Origin: Chiloscyllium plagiosum
Taxonomy: Eukaryota
Direction of reading: 5' to 3'
Length of the DNA stretch: 64,000 bases
Assembly: GCF_004010195.1 (NCBI RefSeq)
Contig: NC_057719.1
Location: 69,626,401-69,690,400, forward strand
Position 1 is the stretch's first letter. The number at the start of each line of letters is the position of its first letter. Both the position numbers and the translations under genes were made by a program. Below, piece after piece: positions 61,240 to 64,000 of this stretch. A model generated the notes under the pieces. It ran no database searches. It was not told where the DNA came from and saw only the letters and a program-made list of their open reading frames with translations.

Positions 61240-61928
61240 GTGTAGGGAACTCACCTGGAACTGACAAACTGCATCAAAGAAAGGTTACGTCACCACATTT
61301 ATGACTGGAATTGCAGTTTTGATCTTAATGAGAGAGACTTTAACTTGTCAGAAGAGCAACAGCTCACTACCTTCTCTCCCTCTATTTCTTTGCAAGCCCT
61401 CTCTGGAAAGTGTCTGGTCTGAAAACCTACTAGAAGTCACCTTTTTTATTTATGAAGGATACTGGACAGGTGCATTGGAATCTACAATGCCATCTGAACC
61501 AAAGGGAAATCTAGCCATGGACATATTTGCATGGACAGAATACCTTCAAAACACATTTTGGGATAATCTGTGACTTTTTTTTTCACAAGCTTAATTATTA
61601 CTTGACCAAAGTACTCTGAAGGTCACATTCTGCAGTTTTCTTGATATTTTTTGTGAGATGTATTAGTTACTTTTTAAAAGTGTATAATCTAAACACTTTG
61701 TCAATATGCTTTGCATCTTTGAATAAGTTTATTTTTGTTAATAAACCAGTTCCTAGTCAATGATTAAAGAGACCTGGTTGACTTGTTATTCATAGTGAAC
61801 TTGACACAGTCTGAGACCTACATAATTGGCCATATCATGAACTTGGTTAAATTTAATATTCGCTGTGCCAAGTGGAGGAGTGGGATTAGAAAATGTAACA
61901 GTAAACTCCTCCAACTTGGTCGTAAGAA
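61240..61928 (+). repeat. Probable solo LTR remnant
   Basis: AATAAA at 61740, end GGTCGTAAGA (resembling ...TAACA), and homology to 52880-53170. The 5' boundary is uncertain. Confidence 0.45.
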
Positions 61929-64000
61929 TAGATAGTTCCCTCTCATGGTCAAATGTATACGTGCACTAGGATAACACTAACTACTTTTGACATAGCAATG
62001 AAACAATGTCTTTTGGTGGACCTCTTGAACCCTCTATATTCATTCATTCACTGTTGCTGATGCTGGAACAGTCTTTGATAATAAAGTTAATAGGATGCGG
62101 GAGGTGTAACAAGACTAGTAGCAAATTTGGAAATGCCTGGGTAATATAGAGCAAAACTCCTCCATGCTGTGGATACTGAAACTCTCCTGTAATTTGTGTT
62201 CATAAGCTGCATTTATCTTTGCTTAGAAGGATGTGACTATCAGGAAGGGAGGTCCATCCATTATGTTATCTCTGGTTGTGCCCTTACCCTAATTCTGCCA
62301 CTGTAGTGTGGCATCTTTGTTTAAAATTACAACAGTGGAGCAGGAGAAACTTTGAGGAATTTCCCAGTTTGTGGTCTAAATTGATTTGTTTCAGAACACT
62401 ATATGTCAGCAATACGTTACAGTGATTAGGTGGCCAAATGTCACTCACTACAACTCTCCCTTAGTGGGTTTAATAGAATTTGCATAATCCCAATGCTCAT
62501 ACCTCTTTCACCTTGGCAGATTATCTCTAACATTTATAAATACTTCTTCCTGCTATTTAATCTAAATTGATTGTATTAACTAATAAAATTTAATGTCCAT
62601 TTATAAAATTTATTCATTCACAGTATATGGGCCTCTCTGACTAGGTAGATACTTATTAACTGTTCCTGGTGCTCACATTCCATGAACAAATAAATAAATA
62701 AGCCCTCTATTTTCTTTGTAGTAATAATCTGGATTTACCTGACTAATATGATGTATATTCCTCAATAGAGTTGTTTAAAAACGTCCCTATTAGACAGCAA
62801 AGCTTATAATCTCAAAAGGACAAGCACTCTGGCACTGCCCTTGGTGGAGCACTAGGGAGGTGGCGAGGAAGCAATGAGGTATAAGTAAAAAATCTCTTTG
62901 GCCACAGCTGCAATATTTCCTTCCTCCTTTGGAAATATTCGTAGCAGAATAATGTCTCACTGCACTACGTATTTCACCAACTTCAGTGTTTCACAACAGC
63001 ATTGCATTTTGCTCTTTTTTGCCATCGAAGAACAAAGCTCTTCATAACAGAGCAGGAGCAGTATTAATACAGGTTCAGCTTGTATTATTTCTAATTACAA
63101 TTGAAAGGGGTTTAACCATTAGACTGCTGAAATATGTATATATATTTATAATAGCCTCTAATCTCCAGTGACAGGTTTTGGCAGCTATTACTGAAAAAAA
63201 ATTGCTTGACAATCTGCTTGTACAGCATTTTTGAAGCATTTGACATTAAATATTGCTTTGAAACATTATTTATCAATCAGAACGAAACTTCCTAAATGTA
63301 CAGAAACAGAAAGAATTTGTGAAGATGGTGAACAATACTTCGGTAACTATATGGTCAGTTTTAAAGGAAATGGTCCGTTGGTTGTACAGTCATCCATAAT
63401 TAAAACGTCAACTTTCATCAGTCTTGTATTTTCATGAGCATCCTTATATGTAAAATTACAAACAACCTTTAGGAGTATTAAGCAAGCATGTCATTGTCCA
63501 TAAGTCTTTGACCATTCTGCCACATAAAGATTTTGACATAAGTGATGTTAATGTATTTTATGTGGGAAAGGCTATTTCTTCTAGTGCAGCAACTTCCAAA
63601 GTTAGACCTCCATAGACTAAGAGGTGATTTCAATATGCATAGTGCAATTTTGTGTACTGATCTCAAGCAATGATAATTTGTCTGCAATTCCTGCTCAATT
63701 AGGAAGACAGGGAGCATCTTAGAATTAAACTCCTTAAACTTCTGTGTGTTGTCAAAGTTGTCATGGGGTCATCCTGTATTAACTACACACTCCTGTGCAG
63801 GGATTTCCTTTTTCTTAAGGTGCACTTGCAGCTGTGGCCAAGAGATTTTTTACTTATACCTCATTGCTTCCTGGCCACCTCCCTTGTGCTCCACCAAGGG
63901 CAGTGCCAGAGTGCTTGTCCTTTTGAGATTATAAACCGTCTGTTCGGATCTGCAGCTTTAAGAACTGTGCACTTGAAGGCAGCCTTTTAATTGTCTGCCT

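Noticed and set aside
1..64000. CRISPR arrays, operons or prokaryotic defence systems
   Set aside because: No regularly spaced repeat-spacer array and no gene-dense region. The content is vertebrate repeat-rich DNA.

Overview
This is eukaryotic, repeat-rich, AT-rich DNA. HE1/V-type SINEs, DeuSINE remnants and CR1 LINEs point to a cartilaginous fish, probably a shark (inference from repeat content). No host protein-coding exon can be identified with confidence, so the window looks intronic or intergenic. Almost every long ORF belongs to a decayed transposon. Main elements: (1) a near full-length CR1 LINE (13483-17987, minus) inserted inside a tRNA-derived SINE; (2) a Penelope-like element (PLE, 22604-25005) with an inverted pseudo-LTR and a 12-bp target-site duplication (TSD), plus many smaller PLE pieces carrying minimal hammerhead ribozyme motifs; (3) a truncated Gmr1-type Gypsy LTR element (33053-37103) with nested insertions; (4) a Tx1/Keno-like LINE headed by a U2 snRNA fragment lacking the branch-point pairing bases, inserted outside a U2 gene with an 18-bp TSD (50864-52501); (5) Harbinger, L2, Rex1-like and other Gypsy relics. 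The most notable signals are the U2-headed Tx1 insertion, the covarying hammerhead motifs across three PLE subfamilies, and a mini-PLE whose breakpoints fall at the predicted ribozyme cleavage site. Family names come from recalled motifs, not database searches. Boundaries of old repeats are approximate. There are three N gaps.
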